From Lama glama (lineage: Eukaryota), in contig CM052816.1 in the NCBI GenBank assembly GCA_028534125.1, positions 6,822,001-6,886,000 of the forward strand: 64,000 bases of DNA, given 5' to 3'. Positions within the stretch are counted from its first letter, which is position 1; each line of letters begins with the position of its first letter. Shown here in pieces: positions 63,553-64,000 of the stretch. Made by a program: the position numbers and the translations under genes. The notes under the pieces are model-generated. The model had not been told where the DNA came from, ran no database searches, and saw only the letters and a program-made list of their open reading frames with translations.

Positions 63553-64000
63553 CCCTGAGTAGAGCGGAAGCCATAGAAGGGCTGATGGTTCCCTGAGAAG
63601 GGTTCAGAGAAGCCAGTCTCCTGGAGCCTTTAAGGGGCCCAGATCAAACCCATGATGCTGTCTCAGGTATACACACCTTTTCTGTCTCTACTCTGCCCAA
63701 TTGTTCCTGACATCCTGGTTAGAACATGGCTAGACAGCACCTGGGATCCAGAAAGAAGGGTCTCAGTGATGGTGCTTTGCAGGCAAGGCTGGAGTCAAGC
63801 GCCTCCTTCAACCAGAACAACCCAATCTTTGGAACACAGTCTTCCTCAACATTGGCAGACCAGTCTGCTGAGTGCTCCATTAACCACACACCCAAGAAAC
63901 CTCTAAACTCCTTAGGAAATGAAGCTGCTGGGGCGTGAGGAGCTCGGGAGCACTGTCACGGGTCTTCCTGATACCCAGCTCTGGCCCAGTACACAGCACT

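Noticed and set aside
1..64000. CRISPR arrays, operons or prokaryotic-type defence systems
   Set aside because: Sequence is mammalian repeat-rich DNA; no regularly spaced repeats or gene-dense regions seen

Overview
Mammalian genomic DNA, very probably from a camelid (camel/alpaca lineage). It carries two tRNA-Ala-derived SINEs of the camelid vic-1 type and lineage-type L1 3' ends. The window is repeat-dense (MIR, L2, L1, L3, MLT/ERVL LTRs, hAT MITEs) and contains a 500-N assembly gap. I found no recognisable host protein-coding exon: the only ORFs with recognisable products are broken L1 ORF1/ORF2 fragments. Most L1 copies lie on the + strand, which suggests a large intron of a minus-strand gene. 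The most interesting unexplained element is a CpG-retaining block at about 3180-3790. It has a consensus CTCF site and a candidate minus-strand first coding exon (ATG at 3457, 28 codons, GTAAGT donor at 3372) behind a homeodomain-site cluster. Also notable are several repeat-free, motif-dense candidate enhancers and some unusual retrotransposition or repair scars. Repeat family names come from my recall of consensus sequences, not from a database search, and repeat boundaries are approximate. I cannot support a claim of a novel biological system here.
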